A stretch of 64,000 nt of DNA. It comes from Galemys pyrenaicus. Lineage: Eukaryota. The stretch is taken from the NCBI GenBank assembly GCA_019455555.1, contig JAGFMF010011380.1, forward strand, positions 14,974,053-15,038,052, given 5' to 3'. Positions 1 through 12,875 of this stretch are shown piece by piece (position 1 is the first letter of the stretch; every line of letters starts with the position of its first letter). The notes under the pieces are model-generated. The model was not told the origin of the DNA and made no database searches. It saw only the letters and a program-made list of their open reading frames with translations. The position numbers and the translations under genes were made by a program.

Positions 1-59
1 AGAATGGTCAGCCTACTTCTGTTTGTTGGTCCTTCTATTTTTTATTTAAAATTTAACAA

Positions 60-1140
60 GTAACAAACATTATTTCATGACAAATCAATGATAAAAATAA
101 AGATTATTATTCATAAAGCAACATTTTAAAGGGTTCTTTTAAGACTTAGTTTTAGATTTACAGCATATTTAACAAAGGGTACAGAGATTTCCCATATACT
201 TCTTTCTATCACTTACATTACAGATTCTCCCACTATCAGAATTCCACACCACAGAGTAGCACATTTGTTAAAATTCATGAACCTACATCCACATATCCTT
301 ATCACTACTAGGGCTCTACAGTTACATTAGAACTTGGTGTTGCACATTATATGGTTTTGACAAATGTTTATAATGTGCTTAGAATTACAGTGTACAGGAT
401 AGTCTCACTGCCCTAAAAATCCTCTGTGTTCTGCCTCTTCATCTCTCCCACTTCCTATCCTACCTGGCAATCACTGATTAACTGTTTCCTTTTGTTTTTC
501 CTTTTCCAGAATGTCTTATATAGCTGGAGCCTCTCATTATGTAGCCTTTTCATATTGGCTTCTTAGTAATACATATTTGTTTCCTGTATATCTTTTCATG
601 TGGTAGCCCATTGCTTTTTAGTCCTGAGCAATGTTCCATTGTTTGGACATCAGCAGTTTGTTTATCCATTCACTTACGGAAGGACATCTTGGTTGCTCCC
701 AAGTTTTGGCAATTATGAATAAAGGTGCTGTAAACATCGATGTGTGCAGGTTTTTGTGTGGACATAAGTTCTCAACTCCTTTGGGTAAATACCAAGGAGC
801 AAGATAGCGGGATCTCATGGTAAGAATATTTTTAATTTTGTAAGAAATTGTTGTACTGTCTTCTAAAGGACATACCTTTTTGCATTCCTACTAGCAATGA
901 ATGAGAATTCCTGTTATTTTCAATTCCCTGATAGTATTTTGTCTTGTCCATATTTAGAATTTTGACCATTTTAATAGGTGTGTTAGGTCTCATCTTGATT
1001 TGCTGTCCCCTATTGATATATAATGTAAAGTTCATTTTAGCAATCATAGAAGTGAGAGACATTTCTCCAGTATTCATGGGTATAGATATTTTGAACTGTG
1101 TCTGTTCAAATTGGGGGAGCAGGGAGGGAATCACCGTAGA
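60..1140 (-). mobile_element. LINE-1 fragment (ORF2 C-terminal region and 3' end), antisense to the window
   Basis: Minus-strand ORFs 618-818 and 832-1134 translate to L1 ORF2 C-terminal motifs (…FIIAKTWEQPRCPSVSEWINKL… and …MRPNTPIKMVKILNMDKT…). Boundaries are approximate. Confidence 0.6.
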
Positions 1141-2500
1141 TTGTATTAAGAATTATCTTTAAAAATATTTCTCCTCCTCCATCTCTAGCAGTGAGTGATA
1201 ATGTTTTGGAAATTGCTCTTTTTAATTACCTGAATTAAAAATATTAAGTCTTATGAACATTTTGTTATGTTGGAAAGTTTGCATGCTGTTGTTTTTTAAT
1301 CAATGGGAACATGTCTTATTTCCCTTTTTAGTTTAAAATTATTTTGTTTATTTCTATTAGGAAAAGATTGATGGTGCACACTTCACTATCTTAATTTTTG
1401 AACAGCTGAATACTTTAGTGACAGTAATGCTTTCTCTTTAATTTTATAACTATTTCTTAATATTTCACATAATTCATTTTTGTTATTCTAAATATGTTGT
1501 ATATATTACTGAGTATTTTTGCATACTAACAACTTCTGTTTAGTTTTTCCTATGAAAGTTTGACTACTAATGCTCATTCTTTTACGGAAGTTTTTCTAGT
1601 GACAGAAAAGATAATATTCTCAAGTATTAAATATAATTTATTCTTAGGGACTATTTTAGGAATATTTAATAATAAAAAGAATGAGTCTTGTTACATGTCA
1701 GAACTTGTATGTTACTTCTCTAGTTATATTTTCTTTAGTGGATTTAGATGTTCTGTGTCAGTATTATATGAAGGCTTTTAGCATTTTCTTTATTAAGTTA
1801 TGAAATTTAAATGGTACACGGTGACGTGTGGACAAACTCCAGAGGACTTTCTTTAGCGACATGCGGTTTTTACAAAAAAAAGAATTAGGATTATGGCCAT
1901 TAAAATTGTGTTCACTCAAACAAGAATTTAGATTGGTCAGGTGTTGATTGAAACTATCTTGTCATTGGTTGAATATGTTCTAGTTAATATTATGTTAAGT
2001 CAGTAATTTATTCAGTTTCCTAAACCTTAAGGATTCATATTATACTTAATTTTTACCTGGTGTATGATGTACTTCCTTTGAATTAGGTGACATAATGAAG
2101 TTTTTTTAAAATCATAGATTGATACCAAAATATAAATATTGGAGGGGAAAAATTCATATCCTGTGTCATGTCAGCTTCCACACTTTGGGTAATAGTGGTG
2201 TAATTAATTGACGTTAGTGTGAATTTTCTGTTGCTCTGTATATTCATGAAAGAATAGTGACTTAAACATAGGTTCCATTGATGCTTTAGTTTCAAAATTC
2301 CTTACTCTATTACAAATTAAACAAGATCATGATTAGTTTATTTTCGTGTTTACCGTATTAGAAATTAAAAAGTCTATAAGAAAATGTGTTATGGTGGAAA
2401 GAATCGCTGCCTTACACATTTTTGCAAATCTCATAAGTGTTCAATTTTTGTGGTTGAAAAAGTGGTTTTTCACTTGCTATTTGGTAATTAGTTTAATGTT

Positions 2501-2540
2501 CGACCTCTTTGAAAATGGTTTGACCTCTTTGAAAATGGCT
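2501..2540. repeat. 2 x 20-bp tandem repeat (c/tgacctctttgaaaatggt/ct)
   Basis: Read directly from the sequence; it has 2 mismatches. Confidence 0.8.
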
Positions 2541-5500
2541 ATCTTCCCATATTTGCTTCTGCATTCCAACTATTGCAAAATGCTCTTTTGGTTAATGTGC
2601 AAAAAGAAAAACCCTGACTTTACTCAGATAAGTAAAGTGTGAAGTAATACAAATATGTTTTAAACTTTTCAGATGATTGTGGATATTATTTGCTACAGTA
2701 ACACTTGGCAAGCTGTGGTTTCTGGAAAGTGCTTTTGCGCTTAAAATCCTTTGGTCTTTCTTGAACTTTGAATGAGTGATTTTATAATATATATAATATA
2801 TGATCCATCTTAAAATAATTTTGATCCACGTAGTTATAAAATTATTCCAAATTTTAATGTGTTACACAAAATTAAAAACATATCATTAATATCAATCACT
2901 GGTCTCATCGAAAATGTCTTCCAAATCACACGTAAGTAATCATAGTTTGTAATGATGTTTTAAATAAAGATTATCTTCCAAGAGAAAATTATTTCATTCA
3001 GTTTGCAACGGGTAGCAGTGTTTTTTCCTGGAAAACCATCATACCTCAGAATGCAGAAGTAGCAGTTTATGTATTCATTCTGTTTTGTGCATAAAAGATG
3101 TACCCAAGGTTAGCATTTTTAAAATTATTTTATTCCATCTGGGAATTCATAATTGAAAATTTTAATCTGCAGTTTATGCATAAAAATATAATGCTAATAG
3201 TAAAGATTTGATGCACATGCCTTGATAAGGTGCTAAAGCACCAGGTTTTTTGCCCTCCATTGCTTTTGCACTGCTCATAGAAATGTTAATTGAGTGAAAA
3301 CCCTAATTAGATTATATTATAAGATAACTATATTTTAGTCTTAATAAAGTAATGACAGTTTTGATTTTGTACATTTCCTGAAAGGGTTTCGGGGACTCCT
3401 AGTATTTCATGAACCACGCTTCAGCAGTTCAAATCAGCAATGCGGTTTTATAATTGTTTAGCTTTTGGTTATCTGAATTTAAGCATATATCAGTGACAAG
3501 TTTTAATGCAAAGGCACACCTTAAATCATTGTAACATAAAAAATCTTGTTCTTTTCTTAGTTTGTTGGACTTCTTAAAAAATGAAAGTGGTTTGTGAAGG
3601 TGAAAATTGTATATGAACTCTTCACAATTCAGCTATGTTTAACACAATTCAGCAGTTCAACTATGTTACTTAATAGCTTTGTGCCTCAATTTTATGATCT
3701 CTACAACAGAATAACACTTCATAAGACAAGTATGAAGATTAATTGAATTAGTTGAGTTTTCATCATAACATTTTATTAGACTGCAATGTTTTGAGATTTA
3801 ATGCTATTTCATGTTAAACAACAACTTAATTTTGATAAAGGATAAAATGTTAAATTTTGTATGATAAAAGTATCACATTATGTATCAGTTCTAATTGCAG
3901 ATATGGTAAGGGTAATTCTTAGAAGTGAGGGTTTTCTTTTTGGATGGGTACGAAGTTATTATGAACTTCCTCAAGTAATTCTCCTTACTGATATTTGCTA
4001 GATCAAGATGTAATGAGAAGTGCTGTTTTAATTTCCATTAGAAGTATGAAACATTTTCATAGGAAATAACCCCAACACATGACTACAAAGCAGAAACTCC
4101 TTTTGCTCTTAAAATAGAAAATGATATGTCAGCCTTAATTATTTATCCCTTTTTCTTAATTTTACAGAAGAGGCTATATATATATATAATAACATTGTAC
4201 TGAGTATTTTCTTTAAGTGTCAGTGTTAGTACATGTATTTTAGTGAAAAATGCTGTAACATAGCATTTATTGGTAATATAGCGTAGTGATAATGCTGTAC
4301 TAATTATTGGAAGACATTTTATTTAAAGAGAAATATTAGAATTGAAAGCATTTTATAGAGCATCAGAGGGAATATTGACTAAAAATTTTACATCTCTTTA
4401 GTACATTATTGTTTCCCATAAAATTCTGTTGTTGAAGAAAGTAGATTTAAGAATAATTTTTAAAAGTACTTCAAAAAAGTACTAAATATTATTGCAGAAA
4501 GTGATAACTAAACTGAATTTATAAGAGACAGTAGTTGATTGTCTCTCCTTTGCTTCCCCCAAATGAATAGGCATCCTGTTAGGTTATATGAAAATTGAAG
4601 ACTTGAACAGTAAGGCTGTCTTAGTTACTCCTTTAATGGTTAGATGTCACAGTCCTAATTTTAGTGAAGGGAAATCCATAACTGAAATATAATTACAAAT
4701 TAAACTCAACTGCCCTTACCACCCAAATGCCATGATCATAAAACCCATGGTTTTTTTTCTATAGTACTGGACTACAATCATCTTTTCACAAGTATCTGCT
4801 GTAAATTACACCTGAGGCATTTGTGTAAACTGAAGCACTCTATTCTTTTATCAATAGGTTCTGGTGATGAGGAAATGACAACTTGGCTTTACTATTTTAT
4901 AATAGTGCTAGGTGTGTTCACAAATTAGTATTTTCTATATAAGTGGAAAATTACGGTTTCAATCAGTTTTAGGAAAGTTTTGAGTATTTTGTTAGTATCT
5001 AATCAAAAGTTTTATAAGAAGAGATACTTTCCATTAGACATAGCTGTGAGAAAGGTTTGGCATTTATGTTTTCTAAATAATAAGACAATATTTCTTTATG
5101 AAGCTGTGTAAACTGTTTTTCTTGTATCATACCTTCATTAATCTTTTTTTAGGCATTGCCATTAGGTGAGCATTTGACTTATTGTTTAATGGTATTTAAC
5201 CACTATTCGTTTTTATTTTCTAACTTTATAAGGGCTTTTCACCAGTATTTTTTGTTGCTAAATAGAATTTTAAGCATTTTTATAAAATTTCTTTTAAAAG
5301 TAATTGTGCTCTTTAAATTTAAACAATTTTTTCTCAGAATTTTTTTTAAGATGCTACATTCAGCGTGCATAAGAGACTGGAAAAGATCAAAGAATAGTGG
5401 AAGTTTCTGTTATAGTGAATATTTTCACCTAGAGATTTCATTGAGGCTATTTCTGTGTAACTTGTTAGTGAATGAGTTTTTAGAAAGCAGCTTCTGTGTT

Positions 5501-6190
5501 GAAATTTAAAACATTATGGAACATTTCTGTTACCTTTTCTATCATTTAACCTCAAGAGCATTTTGTTTCAGAAGCTGTCATCCTTGCAATAATACTTTCA
5601 TTTTGATTTCTAAAATCCTTATTTGAATAAAGAATAAGAGTGTTGTGTTAAACTTTAAATAATTGCTTGCATGTACATGGTAATAAGTCCTGGATGAAAT
5701 TATGCTTGAGTACTTGAATAAAATGCAAGGATGAAATATAATATTTAAAAAATGAGTATTTGTTGTAACTTTATTTTTAGATTAGTGCCCCACAGTTGTT
5801 TGAATAGTATATTGGAATGTAAAAGATATAACAGTCATTTCTGTTTTTAAGATTTTAGTGACCTTAGAGGGAAAAACAGTTAACCCTGGTGGTTATTAAT
5901 ACTGGATTTTTCTTTGTTTGGAATCTAGGTATATTTCTTTGATCTGTTGGAATAAAATCTGGCTCACCTAGTTTAACATATATAAGCTAGGTGTTCTCAA
6001 GTGCTTTTATTGAAACTGGGAAACTGACATTTCTTTTCAGTGTTCTTATTAAATGAATGACATTGGAAATTTAAAAATTTTTTAATGGAAAGTGATATCC
6101 CAATTTATTCTTTTCTTTTTGATTTTTAGATGGGAATTGTTAAAGTCTTAAGATCGATAGGTTGACTGTGACAACTATGTTTACTTACAG

Positions 6191-6248
6191 AGAGAACAGG
6201 AAATGAGAATGGGTGATATGGGTCCCCGTGGAGCAATAAACATGGGAG
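6191..6248 (+). CDS. PSPC1: PSPC1 coding exon (antepenultimate), encodes REQEMRMGDMGPRGAINMG plus first base of the Asp codon
   Basis: Acceptor ttacttacag|AGAGAACAGG and donor GGGAG|gtaggg read from sequence. Phase-0 translation matches the paraspeckle component 1 motif EMRMGDMGPRGAINMG. The frame joins exactly to the next exon (g+AT=Asp). Confidence 0.85.
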
Positions 6249-9200
6249 GTAGGGATTTTTGAAGCAAAAGGCTTCTGTAACTTACTTGTAATTCTTTGGG
6301 AAATTGTACATGCTGTTTGTGGTATCTGCATATCATTAACTAAAATATAGAACCAACGTTTGTAGTAGTGAAATCACTTACATTTATTAAGTTGAAGTAA
6401 AATGTAATTTTTAAAAACACATGCCTATGAAGAACATTTTTATTTTGTTTGTTGAAAGGCTAAGATGTGTTATGTTTTAATCAGCTTAATGAGTTAATAA
6501 ACCTGTAACCAGGTTTTAATGACAACCTGAAATCTGTTCAGTCATTGCATGGTGTAATACAGTTATATTGTCAAATTAAAAGAAAATCAAATCTCATGCC
6601 TTCATAATGGCTTTTTTGCCGTGGAAATGTTATAGTTTCTGAATTGTAGTGATTTAAAACTTTTTCTGAGTATTTCATAAAGTTCTGTTTTAAGGTAACC
6701 TTTTGTGTAACTTTGAAGCAGTTTTTTATTTCACTGAATATTTAACTTATTTTTCTTTAACCTACAGTGTTGTGCACAAAAATGCACTGTTTTGGAACAT
6801 CTATTACTATCAAGGAAATGAGATCAGCCTTGCACATTTAGGCTAATGCATATCTTTAGGATTGATAATAAAAGGTTTTAAGAAAGTGCCCAATACTAGT
6901 ACTTCAATACTGACTGACTGTACAGCCAGTACTATAATGAACTTTTAGTACATTAGTAAATAAGCTGAGGGAAAAATAAGTGTGGGATGTTAATATAGGT
7001 CTTACTAAGCATTTAAAATATTATGCATTTAAAAATTAGACAATTTCATATATTTTGTATGTCCCACAGAAATTATGAAGTTAAAATCTTTACATGATTT
7101 TTGTATGTACTGTTTTAAAGATTGCATTATTTTGATACTTCAATATGTTTAACATGTATATTCACCAAGAAAATCCAGATTGTACTTAGAATATTTAGTA
7201 CATGGACCAAAAGAATCTAAAATTCTTTTGTGGAATATTTTCCACAATCAGCCTCTCTCTCTCCTCATGCCAGTTTCTTTGTCAGTGTGAATCAGATAAT
7301 CTAGAGTATTCTATTGCTGAAGTATAGTTGAGTGTAATATTGTAAAGTAGGTCAGTATTTGTCTTTTTTAGAGTAAATTGTAGGATGGTGTATTATACAA
7401 TTCAAGTGGTTTTAAAGATAAGCTAAGTGTAAGGTTATGAATTATAGGTAGTTTGCAATACCAGTTATAATTATTAGATTATCATTAATATCAGAATCAA
7501 ACTTGAAATGTTTTTGATGTTGCATAGAATCAGAAAACATCCTAACTGCTTGATTAGCAATTTTATCAGAAGAAATACAAGAATATGCCTTTAGATTCCT
7601 AATTTAGTTAGGAATTTAAGAAAACTAAAAATATTTTGACATCTTACTCACCAGAGAACTACATTTACAATTTAATCAGTTCCTAAAATCCAAACTTTTT
7701 TTTCCTCTTTATATTTTATTCAATGAGACTTCATCCTAATGACTAAGTGGATTTATGAAGTGTTACCATGCAGTTGAGTGTCTGTCAAGTTGGTAAACTA
7801 TCCTATCTTACCAAGTTACAGTGATGATATGTGACAGATTTTCTGGTGTATTATCATTGTATATACAAGTGAAACATAAGTTTTAAACGGGCCATTCAGG
7901 AAACTAGAGGATGCAACATTTCTTAGATTTAAATTTAGTTTAATTACAGCTGTTTGGTAGAAGTTACAATTACTAAAAATAGAATTCTTCAACTACTGAC
8001 AGTTTGTAATGTTATTTTTAATATTCTTAATGTGTCCGTAGTTATATTCCAGTCTCACATGTTGGATACAACGTGAATATCTAGGATTATCTCCCAAGAT
8101 ACGGTCTCCACCTTGGCTAATTCCCATTGTGGAAGATGTTGAAATCTAGTAAAAGATGTTATTTATAATTACGCTAAGGGAAATTGAAATATTCTTGGAT
8201 ATTTAAAGTGTGGGTTTACCAACAGGAACATTTTGGTATTAAGGAAGTAATTCCTTCCCTATAAAGTTGCTAAGTTACAGGGGATTGGGTTCAGAAAGAC
8301 CAGTAGTAGTATATTGCCTAGGGAGTGAGGCTTTTTCCTCTTCTGCATCTCCCTGGACTCAGACATGTTTGCAGTTCATCTGAATTAGATACTGTATAGA
8401 GTTGTGGGTTTGAATGACTTCAACTCCTGATGTAATGTGTTTTTTAAGAAATAGATTTTTAAGAGTATAAAATTAATCTGCATGATGAACTACTACAAAA
8501 AATTAAACTGGAATCAGCTTTTGATATGAGTTATTAATGATAAACAAGTATGAGTACTTAGAAGTGGAAAAATTCAAGGAAAAGATCTAAAAATTTATTT
8601 GAGGCCATTATAAATGTAGTGTTACAGTTCAAATACTTGTAATTAATCTTAGGCAGGTATGTGTCATTGATGAAAAAAATTGACAGATATAACTGATTTT
8701 TATGATTTCTAGAATTTCATTCTGTCAGAAATTCAAATAACTATAGTAATCTTTTTTTTTTGGTCACAGTTGCTTTTAAAAAGTTTTATGAGTCATTTTT
8801 TTGTTTGGATTACTTTTTTCTATATAAAGTTTTAAGATGTTTACCTCTTATAATTTTGTGAGGTATTCACAAAAAATACGAAAGCTGAAAGGCTAGTTAC
8901 AGTGAATTATATATTTTTAATTAAGCATATATATGATGGTTCCCTACTCACAGCTTAGTGCAATTTATATGCTAATGTTTTTAGTCCTAACTTTTAAGAA
9001 AACATGCGAATTTTTGCTTTTGAACTGGATAATGTTGCCCTTATTAGGAATTTGGTTTAAAATCAGACAAAATTTGATTTTTCAGAAAGCTCTCAAAGTC
9101 TTAGATTCTAAAATATTAGTAATTGACAGTTGTCTTATTTATGTTTGTTTTGAGGATGAAAAGTCTACAGTGTAGGTAATGCTCTGTTATAACACAGCTA

Positions 9201-9332
9201 ATTTGGGTATCCCATTCTCAAGAAGGGAAAATGACTGATAATAATTTTGCTATATAGATTGCATAAGTATTGTTAAATTTTTTAATATGTACTAAAGATA
9301 GGACAGCTCTAAGTATAGATTGTTTTGCATAG

Positions 9333-9502
9333 ATGCGTTTAGCCCAGCACCTGCTGGTAACCAAGGTCCTCCTCCAATGATGGGTATGAATATGAACAAC
9401 AGAGGAACTATACCTGGCCCACCAATGGGTCCTGGTCCTGCCATGGGACCAGAAGGAGCTGCAAATATGGGAACTCCAATGATACCAGATAATGGAGCAG
9501 TG
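9333..9502 (+). CDS. PSPC1: PSPC1 coding exon (penultimate), encodes (D)[56 protein letters not shown]
   Basis: Acceptor ttttgcatag|AT and donor GCAGTG|gtaatg. This is the G/P/M-rich low-complexity C-terminal region characteristic of PSPC1. It is in frame with the six-frame ORF 9320-9541. Confidence 0.9.
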
Positions 9503-11414
9503 GTAATGTATCATAAACATTATTTTGATTATATATTATAATATATCCTCCTGCCCCAAAGATAACTTCACACTTAAAATTTGGCATCATTTGTGTTGTC
9601 AGTAAAGATCAATGTCCATTAGAGAAATTGTGATTTTGTGAAGTTATATGTTGATTTATAAAAGACAGTTTTTAAGTATCCCAGGAGTTGAGAGTCCCGT
9701 ATCATCTATCATCCATGGCATGCTTTTGTACTTACATAGCAAATACATATGTTTCAGTGCATATCTGTTTTAATGATCAAATGTTTTACAATTATGTTCT
9801 TACCCTGTGTGTACTCCTTACCTTTCATGGGAAATAAAATTTACATATGTGAGAAAGCATAGTTTTTGGTAAACATTTTAATAAAAAGGATAGTTATGAT
9901 TTATTTCAGGGGATTATTTTAACAGAAAAATTATTTAAAGTATGAAATGTTTTAAACTTACATTGCTGCATTCCTTTTACAAAATTAATTACTAATTACA
10001 TTTGTTACTAAATTTAAAGGCAATTTTATTGGTTGAGAGTGTGAAGCTATCTTTGTGTGGTTTAAATATTGTAAAAACAGTTTCAGTTATAATTTTCATT
10101 ATATTGGAATATCAGTGGCAAGACTGGTTTCTTTATTATTTCCCTTAAAGTCTATTTACTATTTAAATGAGATTTTATATTGGTTGAACATTTTCTCACT
10201 TGGTTTTTGTTAACAATTGTTCTAGGTGGTAACACTTAGAAAAGAATGACTGATTGATGATATTTTTTGAAAAGGCAGTTTAGTTTTAGAACAATTACAA
10301 CAAATCTTAAGGTGCTATTGCTGCTAAGAAAGAAAAAGCACTGACAGTTAAACTCAGATGTCAACAGTTAAATGTCAGGCCTGATTACAGAAATTTTAAA
10401 AGTGAATGTGCATCTCAGAATTGATGAATGCAGTTCTGTATCATTTTAAGATTTATTTAATTAAAATGCAATATTTTAAGAATTTGGAAAATTTGAATAT
10501 GCCAGCAGTTTTTTTTAAATGAATATGTACAGTGAGATAAAGAGGCAGTGCCATAATATCTACTGTAATTGGATAGTACATAGTATAGTTTTTTCTTCAG
10601 TAAAGGCTTTATTTTACAATTAGATGGCTAAAATCTAGTACAGACCTGTACTACTGTTTTTGTTTCACATGAGAAATAATTTAGTAAAATTGACTTTTTT
10701 CTACTTTTCCTTGAAATTGTAAATTTTAAATATTATTTTTGGTTTACTTTTCTCTGATAATTTACTACTTAGGTGGTTCTGTTCAACTTTTAAGATTAGT
10801 ATATGTAGTTATTTTGAAGTTTTTCAGATACTTAATTGTGCTATTAGTAGTATATGTTAGTAAGTTACAGTTTTTAAAAACTGAAGTCTTTTTTTCCCAG
10901 TAACAGTCATTCCAGATAAAAACCTCATTGTTTATATGTTGAAGTTATAATTAATATTATGTGTGTACTAATACTGTTCTATGTAAAAAGCATTGCTGTT
11001 GAATTTTAAGAATGTAAAACAGTGAATGTGATACTGTTCCCCGGTTTTATCTGATTTTTTTAAAAAGTGTTTTTATTATACACAACAGTTACATGTAGTA
11101 TAAACCATAAAAAAAGGAGATTAGAATAGTATCATAGTATTGATTAGGTTTAAGAAGGCTTTCACTTCAAAAAATTCTTTTTCCATGAAATTGGGGCTTA
11201 GCATTAGAAATACATAGTTCTTCAGATGCTGCTTTTTTTTTTTTTTAAATCATAGTAACTAATTAAATTGCTCCTTTCTTCCTTCTATGTATGATCCTGA
11301 TTCTGCTGGACTTTCTGCTGAACTTCATGACATCACCACTTGGGATTTTGCCAATTTTTCTTGTCACTTATATTTGGCGTGTTCCAAATGGACTTCATAT
11401 TATCTGTATTATAG

Positions 11415-11600
11415 CACAATGATAGATTTCCACAAGGACCACCATCTCAGATGGGCTCACCTATGGGGAGTAGAACAGGTTCTGAAACCCCTCAAGCACC
11501 AATGAGTGGTGTAGGTCCTGTTAGTGGTGGTCCTGGCGGTTTTGGTAGAGGAAGCCAAGGGGGCAACTTTGAAGGCCCTAATAAGCGTCGTAGATATTAA
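11415..11600 (+). CDS. PSPC1: PSPC1 terminal coding exon, [61 protein letters not shown]
   Basis: Acceptor ctgtattatag|CACAATGAT. The reading frame runs to TAA at 11598-11600. The ending [12 protein letters not shown] is the diagnostic DBHS-family C-terminus of PSPC1. Confidence 0.9.
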   Translation, partial: HNDRFPQGPPSQMGSPMGSRTGSETPQAPMSGVGPVSGGPGGFGRGSQGGNFEGPNKRRRY

Positions 11601-11883
11601 ACATTCTTTCATTCTCACTGTTTAGAGGGAAAAATATTCAGTGGTATGCCTTTACACTTTTACCTGTTACCTGGAAGTAATGGTTTTATTGTTGATGTAT
11701 GTAGACTTTAATGTTTTTCTTTTGTAAAACTTCAGGTTTTTGTATTTTTTCTTTATTCATAAGCTTTGTAGTTTAGAATGATAATGATGATGCTCATCAT
11801 TGTGAATGTTAAAATGTTTGTGACTTTAGCTTTTAATATAAGTATGCCATAGTACTGTGAAATCTGTGTAGTCACTTAATCTC

Positions 11884-11889
11884 AATAAA
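11884..11889 (+). other. PSPC1: Candidate polyadenylation signal (AATAAA) for the proximal PSPC1 3'UTR
   Basis: AATAAA lies about 285 nt after the stop codon and is followed by a T/GT-rich stretch. Further AATAAA-like motifs occur at about 12243 and 12266, so which site is used is not resolvable from sequence alone. Confidence 0.35.
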
Positions 11890-12767
11890 GAAATCATTTT
11901 GGATAATTTCAAAATGTTACTAGTAGTATTCTATAATTTTACTTAACTTTGCTGTTACAGTAGTACTTTGCTTTAATCCAGTCCATTTAAAAAAGTAATT
12001 GATTTTCTGCTTTTTAGTTTGTGCAAGTAGCACTTAAGATAGCAGCTTATTGAAAGCAATGTCAATAGGGGTAGATAGAGTAGTACATTGGGGAGGGGTG
12101 GGTTATGGGTGTTTACATTTGTAAAACCATCGATGTTCTGTGAAATCAGAGTTGTTGTCTACATTTCATATAGATTCTGAATATTCAGATATTCACGAAG
12201 GAATATTAAGGATATCTTTGTCCTGTTCTGATTTTTTTCCAAATAAATCTTTTGAATCTTGAAAAATAAACTGTTTGAAGGCAAATCTCTTTTGCTCATA
12301 AAATGTCTACTTTTAATCTTATCTGCCATTATTTATTTGGTTTCAATATCTAGATCTTGCCCTTTAAAATTTCTTTAAAAGCAAAAAATACTATTAGATT
12401 GGATACTTAGTGAGGATATGCTGTGTGATTAGGAAGAATTTAAGCATTTCTTGAGAATGTTGATTTCTAGAAGTATTAAAGATGGCTTGACGCTTCAGCA
12501 TTCTAATTTTCTTTTTCTAGTTTGTTAATAAGTCTCTTCAGTAAAACTTGTATGATTGGCTTTGTGTGTTGTTTATAAGCAATATAATTCAAGTGGTGAT
12601 TTTCAAAAATAGGGTCATTGGAATAAGATTATATTCCTCTACTACCAAATACATATTTTGATTTTCACTGCTAAGAGAAACTGATTTTGTTACATTATCA
12701 TATTTATTTACAAAAACAAAGTAATCACTATATTTAAAATTTTAAACATGTTTAACTTAAACCATAT

Positions 12768-12875
12768 AGTTTATCAGTTACATCATAATATAGTTATTTT
12801 TCATATAAGTAACATTTCAGTAGTTTATCAGTTACATCATAATATAGTTATTTTTCATATAAGTAACATTTCAGT
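12768..12875. repeat. Perfect 2 x 54-bp tandem duplication (agtttatcagttacatcataatatagttatttttcatataagtaacatttcagt)
   Basis: Copy 1 is 12768-12821 and copy 2 is 12822-12875. They are identical by direct reading. Confidence 0.9.

Noticed and set aside
618-1134. Minus-strand ORFs 618-818 and 832-1134
   Set aside because: They are L1 ORF2 remnants inside a truncated LINE-1, not host genes.
5156-5509. 117-aa + ORF in PSPC1 upstream intron
   Set aside because: It is AT-rich, phenylalanine- and leucine-rich chance ORF inside an intron.
9218-9520. 100-aa minus-strand ORF
   Set aside because: It is antisense to the PSPC1 exon at 9333-9502. Its codon composition is a mirror of the G/P-rich sense strand, and there is no independent support.
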